A DNA stretch of 40,095 bases, taken from positions 1 through 40,095 of the IMG/VR virus record IMGVR_UViG_2740892121_000006; one strand, written 5' to 3'. The notes beneath the pieces were generated by a model. The model saw nothing but the letters and a program-made list of their open reading frames with translations, searched no databases and was not told where the DNA came from. Position 1 is the stretch's first letter. The number at the start of each line of letters is the position of its first letter. Source of the DNA: a virus (Duplodnaviria > Heunggongvirae > Uroviricota > Caudoviricetes). The position numbers were made by a program, and so were the translations under genes. Shown here one piece after another: positions 1-7,533 of this stretch.

Positions 1-516
1 ATGAAATTTAAAAAATGTCTTCTGCCTGTGGCAATGTTAGCGTCATTCACTCTGGCAGGATGCCAGTCAAATGCTGATGATCATGCCGCCGATGTTTATC
101 AAACCGATCAACTGAATACCAAACAAGAAACTAAAACCGTTAATATTATTTCCATTCTTCCCGCAAAAGTTGCCGTAGACAACGCCCAAAATAAACGGAA
201 CGCACAAGCCTTCGGCGCGCTTATTGGCGCTGTCGCTGGCGGTGTTATCGGCCACAACGTCGGGTCTGGCAGCAATTCCGGAACGACGGCAGGTGCAGTT
301 GGCGGCGGAGCTGTAGGCGCGGCAGCGGGTTCTATGGTGAATGATAAAACCTTAGTGGAAGGTGTTTCTTTAACATATAAGGAAGGCACCAAAGTGTATA
401 CCTCCACCCAAGTGGGTAAAGAGTGCCAGTTTACGACAGGTTTAGCCGTTGTTATTACCACGACGTATAACGAAACGCGTATTCAGCCAAATACCAAATG
501 TCCTGAAAAGAGCTAA
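1..516 (+). CDS. SlyB/PCP-family glycine-zipper outer membrane lipoprotein
   Basis: Signal peptide with lipobox LAGC; Gly/Ala-rich zipper GALIGAVAGGVIG...GAVGGGAVGAAAG; ATG at 1, TAA at 514-516. Confidence 0.6.
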   Translation: MKFKKCLLPVAMLASFTLAGCQSNADDHAADVYQTDQLNTKQETKTVNIISILPAKVAVDNAQNKRNAQAFGALIGAVAGGVIGHNVGSGSNSGTTAGAVGGGAVGAAAGSMVNDKTLVEGVSLTYKEGTKVYTSTQVGKECQFTTGLAVVITTTYNETRIQPNTKCPEKS

Positions 517-531
517 TAATCAGGAGGAGTC

Positions 532-1071
532 ATGAAGAAAGTTTTTCTTTGCGCCATCTTAGCCTCCTTAAGCTATCCGGCTATCGCCTCATCATTGCAG
601 GATCAACTCTCGGCTGTCGCAGAAGCGGAACAGCAAGGTAAAAATGAAGAGCAAAGGCAGCATGACGAATGGGTCGCGGAGCGCAACAGGGAAATCCAGC
701 AAGAGAAGCAACGTCGCGCAAACGCCCAGGCCGCGGCTAATAAAAGAGCGGCAACGGCAGCAGCGAATAAGAAAGCTCGTCAGGATAAACTGGACGCCGA
801 AGCCACTGCGGACAAAAAACGCGATCAAAGTTATGAAGATGAGCTACGTAGCTTAGAGATTCAGAAACAAAAACTGGCGCTGGCGAAAGAAGAAGCCCGC
901 GTTAAGCGCGAAAACGAATTTATCGATCAGGAACTGAAGCACAAAGCTGCGCAAACCGATGTGGTGCAATCTGAAGCTGACGCAAACAGAAATATGACTG
1001 AAGGCGGTCGCGATCTGATGAAAAGCGTGGGTAAAGCAGAAGAGAATAAATCAGATAGCTGGTTTAACTAA
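532..1071 (+). CDS. Secreted, highly charged coiled-coil protein of unknown function
   Basis: N-terminal signal peptide (AIASS), Lys/Glu/Ala-rich repeats; SD AGGAGG 8 nt upstream of ATG. Confidence 0.5.
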   Translation: MKKVFLCAILASLSYPAIASSLQDQLSAVAEAEQQGKNEEQRQHDEWVAERNREIQQEKQRRANAQAAANKRAATAAANKKARQDKLDAEATADKKRDQSYEDELRSLEIQKQKLALAKEEARVKRENEFIDQELKHKAAQTDVVQSEADANRNMTEGGRDLMKSVGKAEENKSDSWFN

Positions 1072-1110
1072 ACGATGTTAGTAACTTCAAACCTATAATT
1101 CTTTAGGATA

Positions 1111-1140
1111 AAAAACCCTCTGTAGTAACAGAGGGTTTTG
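1111..1140. terminator. Bidirectional rho-independent terminator
   Basis: A-run, stem CCCTCTGT / ACAGAGGG (1116-1135) with 4-nt loop, then TTTT. Confidence 0.6.
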
Positions 1141-1265
1141 TTCATTCATAGTGCAGGGTCAAATCATTCCCACTCAATTATTTACGATACACATAAACAA
1201 TTGACTGATAACAACTTTCTTCCAAATGATTTTCACCGTACCGTTTTATATACCGTCACCGGAAA

Positions 1266-1763
1266 TCAGTGCCACGATTTTTGCTTCTTCAGTGAATCGT
1301 ATTGCTGTTCGCAGGATTCTCCTGCAATCCGATACTTTTCAGCCTCAGCTGCTGTTGCGTTGTAAACTCGGTTGCTTTCTTCAAGCATGTCGGCGAGCAC
1401 ACCGATGACCTTGCTGGCTGGCGTGCCAGTGGGGAAAGATCCGGTATAGTGTTCGGCGAGTCGCTTGGTTTTGTCAAGCTCGGCGCGCAGGCTGTCAGCA
1501 GCGGCATTAGCATGCTCAGCATCAACACGCGCCACATCGATACGGGACTGTGCTTCACGTTCAATTTGTGTTTTCTCCTGATCACGTTGTGACCTGGCCT
1601 TATCATCAGCCTGTTTCTGATCTTCCTGTGCCTGCGCATACCCGGCGTCGTACTGACGACTGCCGTGTGCATTCCAGGCTACAACTCCTGATATGACCAG
1701 AACAGCAAGCATCGCCATGATAACCAACTGTTTCCAGTATGCTTTTGCGAATGCCCAGATCAT
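1266..1763 (-). CDS. Rz: Rz-like i-spanin
   Basis: N-terminal TM helix then charged coiled-coil; follows endolysin with ATGA overlap; contains embedded out-of-frame lipoprotein ORF. Confidence 0.7.
   Translation of the reverse strand: MIWAFAKAYWKQLVIMAMLAVLVISGVVAWNAHGSRQYDAGYAQAQEDQKQADDKARSQRDQEKTQIEREAQSRIDVARVDAEHANAAADSLRAELDKTKRLAEHYTGSFPTGTPASKVIGVLADMLEESNRVYNATAAEAEKYRIAGESCEQQYDSLKKQKSWH
1289..1537 (-). CDS. Rz1: Rz1-like o-spanin (embedded lipoprotein)
   Basis: Alternate frame wholly inside Rz; internal Met gives MWRVLMLSMLMPLLTAC with lipobox LTAC and Pro-rich mature part; start among Met 1537/1522/1513 uncertain. Confidence 0.5.
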   Translation of the reverse strand: MWRVLMLSMLMPLLTACAPSLTKPSDSPNTIPDLSPLARQPARSSVCSPTCLKKATEFTTQQQLRLKSIGLQENPANSNTIH

Positions 1764-2389
1764 ACCGCCAGCACCTTACTGGCAGTGATGTACCGCGCGC
1801 GCCGGTCGTCGATGCCGTTCCGGCCACCATTGATAATCAGAGTTACACGTGCAATATCGCCGGTATACTTCATGCATCCTTTGCTGGCAAAGAACCACGC
1901 CGCGCTACGAGCCGCGTATTCGTCCTGCGCCAGCAGTTCAGGACTCTCCAGCAGGTCAACCTTAAGACCGTTTCCACAGTCACGATAGTTATTCAAACCG
2001 GTAATCTGGATAAGTCCGCGACCACGGTAATTCCAGCCATCACCAGAGGCATTGTTACCCATGCGTTTGCTGTACACCAGATTTGCGATCGCGCGCTGGC
2101 GCTCAAGTGGCAATGGTGGCTCACCAGCACGGCGGCCCAGTGCGTTAGCCTGTCCCTGGGTGAGACGCCCAGCCCGAACGAAGTTAGCCAGTCCGGTGAC
2201 GCTGTAGTTGAAATTTTCCTGCAACCGGTTGAAGCCACCAGACTCATGCCCGACCTGAGCAATAAACATTGCCTGATCTTCGGGTTTGCTGATACCAAAC
2301 TCTTTCATCGCAGAAGTTATATGCGAGAACCAGCGAGCGGCCAGCGCCTCGCTAATACCAGCAGCTCGCTGGAATTGTTTAATCTCCAT
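1760..2389 (-). CDS. Endolysin, glycoside hydrolase family 19-like (phage lysozyme)
   Basis: Motifs AQVGHESGGF and NYRGRGLIQITG typical of GH19 chitinase-like lysozymes; start moved to MEIKQ (ATG 2389) with SD GAGGT; track ORF extends to 2620. Confidence 0.75.
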   Translation of the reverse strand: MEIKQFQRAAGISEALAARWFSHITSAMKEFGISKPEDQAMFIAQVGHESGGFNRLQENFNYSVTGLANFVRAGRLTQGQANALGRRAGEPPLPLERQRAIANLVYSKRMGNNASGDGWNYRGRGLIQITGLNNYRDCGNGLKVDLLESPELLAQDEYAARSAAWFFASKGCMKYTGDIARVTLIINGGRNGIDDRRARYITASKVLAV

Positions 2390-2687
2390 GTTTAGACCTC
2401 GATATTTTGAAAATATGAACAACGTTACCGCGTGTTTTAATAACCGCGGCAAGCATGACAGCGTTGATAATGACCTCAGATAAATCCACAGCCATTGGCG
2501 TGCGTAACCAGATTGCATAGACGACACGAACAGGAATACTTGCCGCAGCAACAATAAGGAAATAAGCAAGCCACCCTCCCCATCTTCGATGTTGAGAGCC
2601 GTTACGCCGGAATGTGACAACGCGAATTGCTATGCCAGTACAAATAACTGCATTGGTGATAAGCAAAAAAAACTCATGCGTTACCAT
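2379..2687 (-). CDS. Small membrane protein, holin/antiholin candidate
   Basis: 102 aa, about 3 predicted TM segments, SD GGGGAG upstream, immediately 5' of endolysin with 11-nt overlap. Confidence 0.5.
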   Translation of the reverse strand: MVTHEFFLLITNAVICTGIAIRVVTFRRNGSQHRRWGGWLAYFLIVAAASIPVRVVYAIWLRTPMAVDLSEVIINAVMLAAVIKTRGNVVHIFKISRSKHGD

Positions 2688-3078
2688 CGTCTTTTCTCCC
2701 CGGAATTAACTCGCGTGGATTATCGGAACGGTGATAGAGCCAGATGCCAATACGCACGGCGACAATTGCTGACACGAATGCGCCTGCAGAGAAAACAATC
2801 CCTTTTTCAAAAGAGTCCTGCGTGATGGTAGGGATCAGGCTGGCTATGCCGATAAGAATTGATGCTGCTGGTTTGTAAAAGAGAAGGCCGCAAAGAAAGC
2901 TGAGCATCGACAGGAGCACCCGGCGACGGATGGGGTACTCTACTGCAGAGGTAACAAAAATTACCGCCCCAGCCAAAGCCCCTAAAGCAACCTCCGGAGG
3001 GACACCTGCAATAACCGCAGCAAGAGAACTAACACTAAGCCACTGATTTGAAGTTTCATTGGTTAGTTGGAATGACAT
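2674..3078 (-). CDS. Membrane protein, holin-like (first gene of lysis cassette)
   Basis: 134 aa, 3-4 hydrophobic helices; overlaps next gene by 14 nt. Confidence 0.45.
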   Translation of the reverse strand: MSFQLTNETSNQWLSVSSLAAVIAGVPPEVALGALAGAVIFVTSAVEYPIRRRVLLSMLSFLCGLLFYKPAASILIGIASLIPTITQDSFEKGIVFSAGAFVSAIVAVRIGIWLYHRSDNPRELIPGRKDDGNA

Positions 3079-3150
3079 AACGAAACCCGTTTATTTGCAA
3101 ACACCCTGCTTCAGGAAAAGTATACCGCGCAACAACACACCATTTACGGT

Positions 3151-5613
3151 TCAATTCCCTGTTAATTGCAAAACTTGCTCTTCCAGCTTTTTAACCCTGC
3201 GTCTCATCATCGCAGATTCCAGAATCAGAGCCTCTTCATAACGGATACCGTAACATTCACCAGCCTCGACGGCTTCGCGTACCAGAACCTTTGTCTGTAT
3301 AAGTGGGTAAACTCCTGCAGAATGCTCTTCTTCCGTCACATCCCTGTATTCTGCCGGGGTCTCATTCCACTTGTCATAACAGATAAATGCCAGTCGTGAC
3401 ACATCTATGCCTTCATTCTGAAATACACTGATAACATGCTGCGCAACTGCACCAAAGTGCCATCTTGCTCCGTCTTTACCTTTCACTTCGATCCTGTCAA
3501 GGTACTGGTATGAAACCCATTCCACTCTTTCCCATGCGTCCAGTATTTTCTCATCAATAACCTCTGGAGCAGTCTTGAAACGCGCATCGGACAGCACCGT
3601 AAACGCTGACTGGGTAAATCCCCCCGACCATGCACGACCAGCCAACCCAAGAGAATAAGTATTCGTTTTCGATGGTGTCATGGCTGAATCAGAAAACTGT
3701 ATATATTCTGAATTTCCAGTAGATATTCGAATATTTCCATTTATTAGCGACATAGTGCCTTTAGTATTATCACTATTGAATAATTTCAATTGCGAACTTA
3801 TACCGCCTCCCACAGCCAGAGATACATCGCCTTCAGCAAGCATTCTGAATTTATCTGCAGAAACAAGCGTCTGGTTAGCAAGGTTAAAATATTTAACCCA
3901 CCATTCAAAACGCCCTGACATAGTCCCAACGTACTGACCAAGCGCAGGGACGTGAACAACATTGCTATTTGTAGTGCCGTCTATACTGGAAATACCAGTC
4001 ACCGCTGATGCAGAACTCAGAATATTATTTCTGTCACCCGGATGTTTAATTTCAACAAAGTTCCTGATACACCCTTCCTCGAAGGTAACCACGCCGGAAG
4101 AACTATACATGGGGAATATTGACGCATAATTACTGCGTGCAGCATCTAAGAAACGAATGGTTGTAGATGTCTGCAGATCTCCTGATTCATTTTTCCCATC
4201 ACACCCAGTCATTAGAATATTACTGGCAATATTATTATTTCCCTGAACGGTGACGCCGTGCGCCTGCTTTGCGTCCGATTCAGAGTAATCAACCAGCACA
4301 TTCGAAATCAGGTTACCAGTCCCCTTGCCAACAACTACTGCGGCGTATTTTGGGTTGTTAGCCATTACACTGCTAATGATATTATTCGTTGGTGCAGTTT
4401 CCGTCTCAGTTCCATTGTAAACAACGTGCTGACACTCTTCACCAATAACATTGCTGACAATGTTATATTTTGCTGCTGTTTTAAGTTCCACTGCACCAAA
4501 CTGAGGATAATTTCTGGCTATCACACCATCAATTAGCGTATTTTGCGATGAATCAAAAAGCACACAACCTGCTTTTTTATTATTTGCGAACCCTAAATAC
4601 TCTCCTCTTATATCTCTAACAATGTAACCTGACGGAATACCATTATTCGGATAAGCGATCAAGCTAAATCCTGTTCCTCGCGTATTTGTAAATCTGATAT
4701 TTTTAACCGATACATCATGGCCACCTGAAAATGACACCTGGTGTCCCTGCACACTATCATCTGATTTATTTCCCATAATTGTTAGCGTACTAAGCATGCC
4801 ACCATCGGGCATGTTAAAAACCAGATGATTACCATCTCTGTCATACTGTTTTATCGTTCCCCCACCTGTTCCGTACAAGCCACAACGTGAAAGAGAAACT
4901 AAAGATGTATTGAATACCCCTTCCGGAACAAAAACACTGCTAAACGAATGTAATGATTTTGTAAAAGCATCCTTGTTATCATTTAAGATTCCATTTTGAG
5001 CTCCAAAATCCTTAATGCTGACACCATCACGCATCTTATCCTGGAACGTTCTGTATACCGCTCCAGAACCATACTGAATAAACCAACCAAAACCACCAAT
5101 AACTCCGGCGATTGCAGCATCGACATAATTACGCATTGAGCGATTATTTACAGCGTCCTGCTCAAGTGATGGATCGGCAAGGTTAGATATTCTGTTTTGC
5201 TTTGCATCGTAATATTTTGCAAGCAAAGATGGTTTCATCAATGCACGTCTGAACCACCCAAAACATCGCTGGATCAGCATCGTCAGGTAGTCAAATGCAT
5301 CCTCATGAACTTCGGGGAAAAATTTTCCCTGATTGCGAAGATCAGTCTCCTGCACCACATCAAGCACACGCTCTATCGTGATTCGCCAGCCAGCAGCAAG
5401 CGGCGACGGAAGAACCACTGCACCGCCACTATAAGTTCCCGCCCCTGTTACCGTATAACCAGCATCCAGCACTAGTTTTGTAACGTTACCGTTAAGGTCA
5501 GACACCTGAACAACCAGGTCGGATTTTTTGAAAATACGGAAGGTATACGGAAATGATGTCGTAACGCCGTTACCTGTGTATTCGTTGTGGTCAACTTCGG
5601 TTGAGACCGTCAT
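3151..5613 (-). CDS. Tailspike / tail fibre with T7-fibre-like N-terminal anchor and C-terminal S74 intramolecular chaperone
   Basis: N-terminus YTGNGVTTSFPYTFRIF resembles phage tail-fibre N-domain; long Gly/Asn/Ser-rich central region (beta-helix-like); C-terminus SDARFK...GARWHFGAVAQHV matches endosialidase-chaperone (peptidase S74) pattern; SD GGAG. Confidence 0.8.
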   Translation of the reverse strand: MTVSTEVDHNEYTGNGVTTSFPYTFRIFKKSDLVVQVSDLNGNVTKLVLDAGYTVTGAGTYSGGAVVLPSPLAAGWRITIERVLDVVQETDLRNQGKFFPEVHEDAFDYLTMLIQRCFGWFRRALMKPSLLAKYYDAKQNRISNLADPSLEQDAVNNRSMRNYVDAAIAGVIGGFGWFIQYGSGAVYRTFQDKMRDGVSIKDFGAQNGILNDNKDAFTKSLHSFSSVFVPEGVFNTSLVSLSRCGLYGTGGGTIKQYDRDGNHLVFNMPDGGMLSTLTIMGNKSDDSVQGHQVSFSGGHDVSVKNIRFTNTRGTGFSLIAYPNNGIPSGYIVRDIRGEYLGFANNKKAGCVLFDSSQNTLIDGVIARNYPQFGAVELKTAAKYNIVSNVIGEECQHVVYNGTETETAPTNNIISSVMANNPKYAAVVVGKGTGNLISNVLVDYSESDAKQAHGVTVQGNNNIASNILMTGCDGKNESGDLQTSTTIRFLDAARSNYASIFPMYSSSGVVTFEEGCIRNFVEIKHPGDRNNILSSASAVTGISSIDGTTNSNVVHVPALGQYVGTMSGRFEWWVKYFNLANQTLVSADKFRMLAEGDVSLAVGGGISSQLKLFNSDNTKGTMSLINGNIRISTGNSEYIQFSDSAMTPSKTNTYSLGLAGRAWSGGFTQSAFTVLSDARFKTAPEVIDEKILDAWERVEWVSYQYLDRIEVKGKDGARWHFGAVAQHVISVFQNEGIDVSRLAFICYDKWNETPAEYRDVTEEEHSAGVYPLIQTKVLVREAVEAGECYGIRYEEALILESAMMRRRVKKLEEQVLQLTGN

Positions 5614-5716
5614 GTTAAATCTCCAGATAGTCGCAGCACCCGTTGCGCCGCATATCTGGTTATTCTATTACCCAAAAAACCATATATGGATAGAAAGACT
5701 GTGAATATGAATAGAT

Positions 5717-5733
5717 ATTACCTTTCAGGTAAT
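5717..5733. promoter_or_regulatory. 17-bp palindrome ATTACC-N5-GGTAAT (candidate repressor operator)
   Basis: ATTACCTTTCAGGTAAT, perfect 6-bp inverted arms; about 75 bp upstream of small ant-like gene. Confidence 0.5.
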
Positions 5734-5769
5734 TTGCAAAACGTGCTGGATAGCAAACAAATTATTTGC

Positions 5770-5789
5770 TACTGTATAAATATACAGTT
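5770..5789. promoter_or_regulatory. LexA box (SOS operator)
   Basis: TACTGTATAAATATACAGTT = CTGT-N8-ACAG with AT-rich core, 18/20 match to TACTGTATATATATACAGTA; ends 6 nt before the first ATG. Confidence 0.7.
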
Positions 5790-5809
5790 ATTGCATGGAG
5801 AAGATTAAG

Positions 5810-6067
5810 ATGCAGCAGTATCACTATCCACTGGAAGAGGGATTTACCGAAAGGATTCACACGCCGGGAGGCGTCAGGTCACTGGTGGAGGGATCGCACT
5901 TGATGAAATTACTCCGGGATCTCGATAAGGATGGATTTAATGTCGATGGCCCACTTGCCGAACTGACTGCACTGATTAACTACGTCACCAGCTCACAGAT
6001 GTCTATGCAGGATCTGCAAACACATCTCGACTATTGTGCCGAACAATTACGAAAGCAAACCACATAA
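5810..6067 (+). CDS. Small antirepressor-like protein (stand-alone copy of Ant C-terminal domain), LexA-controlled
   Basis: About 40 percent identity by eye to the C-terminal 65 aa of the Ant protein at 7534-8226; start at second ATG (SD GGAG 9 nt upstream); track start 5795 also possible. Confidence 0.55.
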   Translation: MQQYHYPLEEGFTERIHTPGGVRSLVEGSHLMKLLRDLDKDGFNVDGPLAELTALINYVTSSQMSMQDLQTHLDYCAEQLRKQTT

Positions 6068-6090
6068 AGAAAAGGCCGCAAGAGCGGCCA
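6068..6090. terminator. Hairpin terminator between convergent genes
   Basis: Stem GGCCGC / GCGGCC (6074-6089) with loop AAGA; A-run on plus side gives T-run for minus-strand transcript ending gene B. Confidence 0.5.
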
Positions 6091-6597
6091 TTAACAGTCG
6101 AAAAATTCTGGGTCCCACAAACTTGCATCGCGCGGCATGGATTCTAACTTTTTCAGCCGCAAAATTCTGTCACACTCGACAACTAATTTTTGCTTCTGCT
6201 CGTCAATTTCTACTGTCTTATGTGCTGGTTCATCCCAATAATCCAGAAGGAAGGCATGGCGTTCAGATGTGACCAGATAAATCACATACACGTCACTGGT
6301 TGGGATCTTTTTATGCTTGTTAGTGGTCTTGTCTTTCTTCCCAGACGCCCAGTTTTTCCAGCATTGTTCCGTACCGCTCTCACCAAACTTGTCAGTATAG
6401 TTTCCGATGTTTACATGAACGTGGCGTATGTGATATTCCAGCATCTCTTTCGGTGGATCCCGAAACAGAGTGTCCTTTCCGAAATCCTTATGATGACCGT
6501 AGCGCCAGTGATCTATGAACGCGTTTTTGATAGGTATTAGCTCAGGGTCCTTCCCAAAAATTCCAGGGTGAACCAACCCCTGGAATTTATTCGGCAT
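6091..6597 (-). CDS. Hypothetical protein (gene B of two-gene moron operon)
   Basis: 168 aa from ATG 6597 (SD AGGAG), start overlaps last codons of gene A by 11 nt; His-rich segments GHHKDFGKD, HIRHVHV; no family recognised; track ORF extends to 6660. Confidence 0.5.
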   Translation of the reverse strand: MPNKFQGLVHPGIFGKDPELIPIKNAFIDHWRYGHHKDFGKDTLFRDPPKEMLEYHIRHVHVNIGNYTDKFGESGTEQCWKNWASGKKDKTTNKHKKIPTSDVYVIYLVTSERHAFLLDYWDEPAHKTVEIDEQKQKLVVECDRILRLKKLESMPRDASLWDPEFFDC

Positions 6598-7114
6598 CGT
6601 CGTAGAGCTCCTGAGCCATATCTTCAGCAGTGCGTGCAAACATCCTGCGCGAGATTGCATGGGATTTCTCTACGGACATCTTTGGGACCTCATGCATAAC
6701 AAGTTGATGAGTTTTCTCATCAACTTGAAGTGGCTTGTATAAACGTTGCCACCTTTCGTTAATTTTATCCTTAAAGCCAGCGAAACCACTTTCCTGACTC
6801 TTGTATCCAAAATGAGATAAAGCCAAATTCCTTTCCATTTCATTCCTAATGTACTCAGCAAGGTTGCAGTGGAATACTTCCCCTTGTTTTTTTAGGCATG
6901 CTTCATGGTCTGTAACACTGTGACGGCTCTCATATAAGTAAATGCGATAGGAATTTTTATTATCCTCTTCTTCATAATTTCTAATCGCATCAGCAGTTGC
7001 CATAGCTGCAGCGTAAGCGGCTGCTTCAATCACCATCTCTTGCTCTTTTTCTTTTTCAGGCCTTTTCAAGGCAAAGCGTCTATGCCTCATCGCTGTAACT
7101 CTCTTCGTGTTCAT
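6587..7114 (-). CDS. Hypothetical protein (gene A of two-gene moron operon)
   Basis: 175 aa from ATG 7114 (G-rich SD); basic N-terminus, largely helical, acidic C-terminus; no family recognised; track start TTG 7126. Confidence 0.5.
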   Translation of the reverse strand: MNTKRVTAMRHRRFALKRPEKEKEQEMVIEAAAYAAAMATADAIRNYEEEDNKNSYRIYLYESRHSVTDHEACLKKQGEVFHCNLAEYIRNEMERNLALSHFGYKSQESGFAGFKDKINERWQRLYKPLQVDEKTHQLVMHEVPKMSVEKSHAISRRMFARTAEDMAQELYDDAE

Positions 7115-7125
7115 GGGCACCCCCA

Positions 7126-7142
7126 ACTACCTTTAGGGTAAA
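7126..7142. promoter_or_regulatory. Degenerate copy of the 17-bp palindrome
   Basis: ACTACCTTTAGGGTAAA, one mismatch per arm; overlaps the translation-initiation region of gene A. Confidence 0.35.
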
Positions 7143-7250
7143 CATTCTATCGAAAGTATACGCTCACTGGCAAAAAAATAGGCAGGTATTTTCTGAAATG
7201 GGATCAATCAAACCACATAGGGTTGAAATAACGTGAGTTATGCATTTATT

Positions 7251-7267
7251 ATTACCTTTACGGTAAA
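7251..7267. promoter_or_regulatory. 17-bp palindrome (candidate operator) upstream of ant
   Basis: ATTACCTTTACGGTAAA; preceded by TTGAAA-N17-TTATTA promoter-like hexamers on plus strand. Confidence 0.45.
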
Positions 7268-7359
7268 TTTACATTGCACTCCTCTTGTGCCATAGTAATC
7301 AGGCACTGGCAAAATCCAGTGCCGGGATTGGTCTCCCGGATTACTACAGAGGCACATAT

Positions 7360-7379
7360 GCCGCATAAGCGGTTTTTTT
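7360..7379 (+). terminator. Intrinsic terminator-like hairpin plus U-run inside the ant leader
   Basis: GCCGC-ATAA-GCGG followed by TTTTTTT; two further hairpins just upstream (7302-7323, 7322-7339). Confidence 0.4.
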
Positions 7380-7533
7380 ATGTGTAAAGCGCACCTATTC
7401 TATGGTGGGCTGTGTGGGGGCACCGAAAGGTGCGCCGGGTTCCTTTGTAGCCGGTAAGACCAACTCTGCACAGTTCACCACCATCTGATTGGTCTCAGCG
7501 GTGGTGATTAACCTAACTACAAAGGTGATCGCC

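Noticed and set aside
67-461. Minus-strand ORFs 67-255 and 108-461 antisense to the lipoprotein gene
   Set aside because: Their Gly/Ala/Pro-rich translations are the mirror image of the glycine-zipper codons on the other strand.
3680-5475. Plus-strand ORFs 3680-3937, 4258-4536, 5197-5475 inside the tailspike gene
   Set aside because: Lie antisense within a long, well-supported CDS; no RBS; translations low-complexity or Cys/His-rich.
5717-5733. Palindrome as an MqsA-type operator (ACCT-N3-AGGT)
   Set aside because: Only sites 5717 and 25785 contain the inner ACCT...AGGT; the conserved positions across all copies are the outer TTACC/GGTAA arms.
7380-7533. LexA box upstream of the large ant gene
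   Set aside because: No CTGT-N8-ACAG match was found between 7130 and 7533; only the small ant-like gene at 5810 has one.
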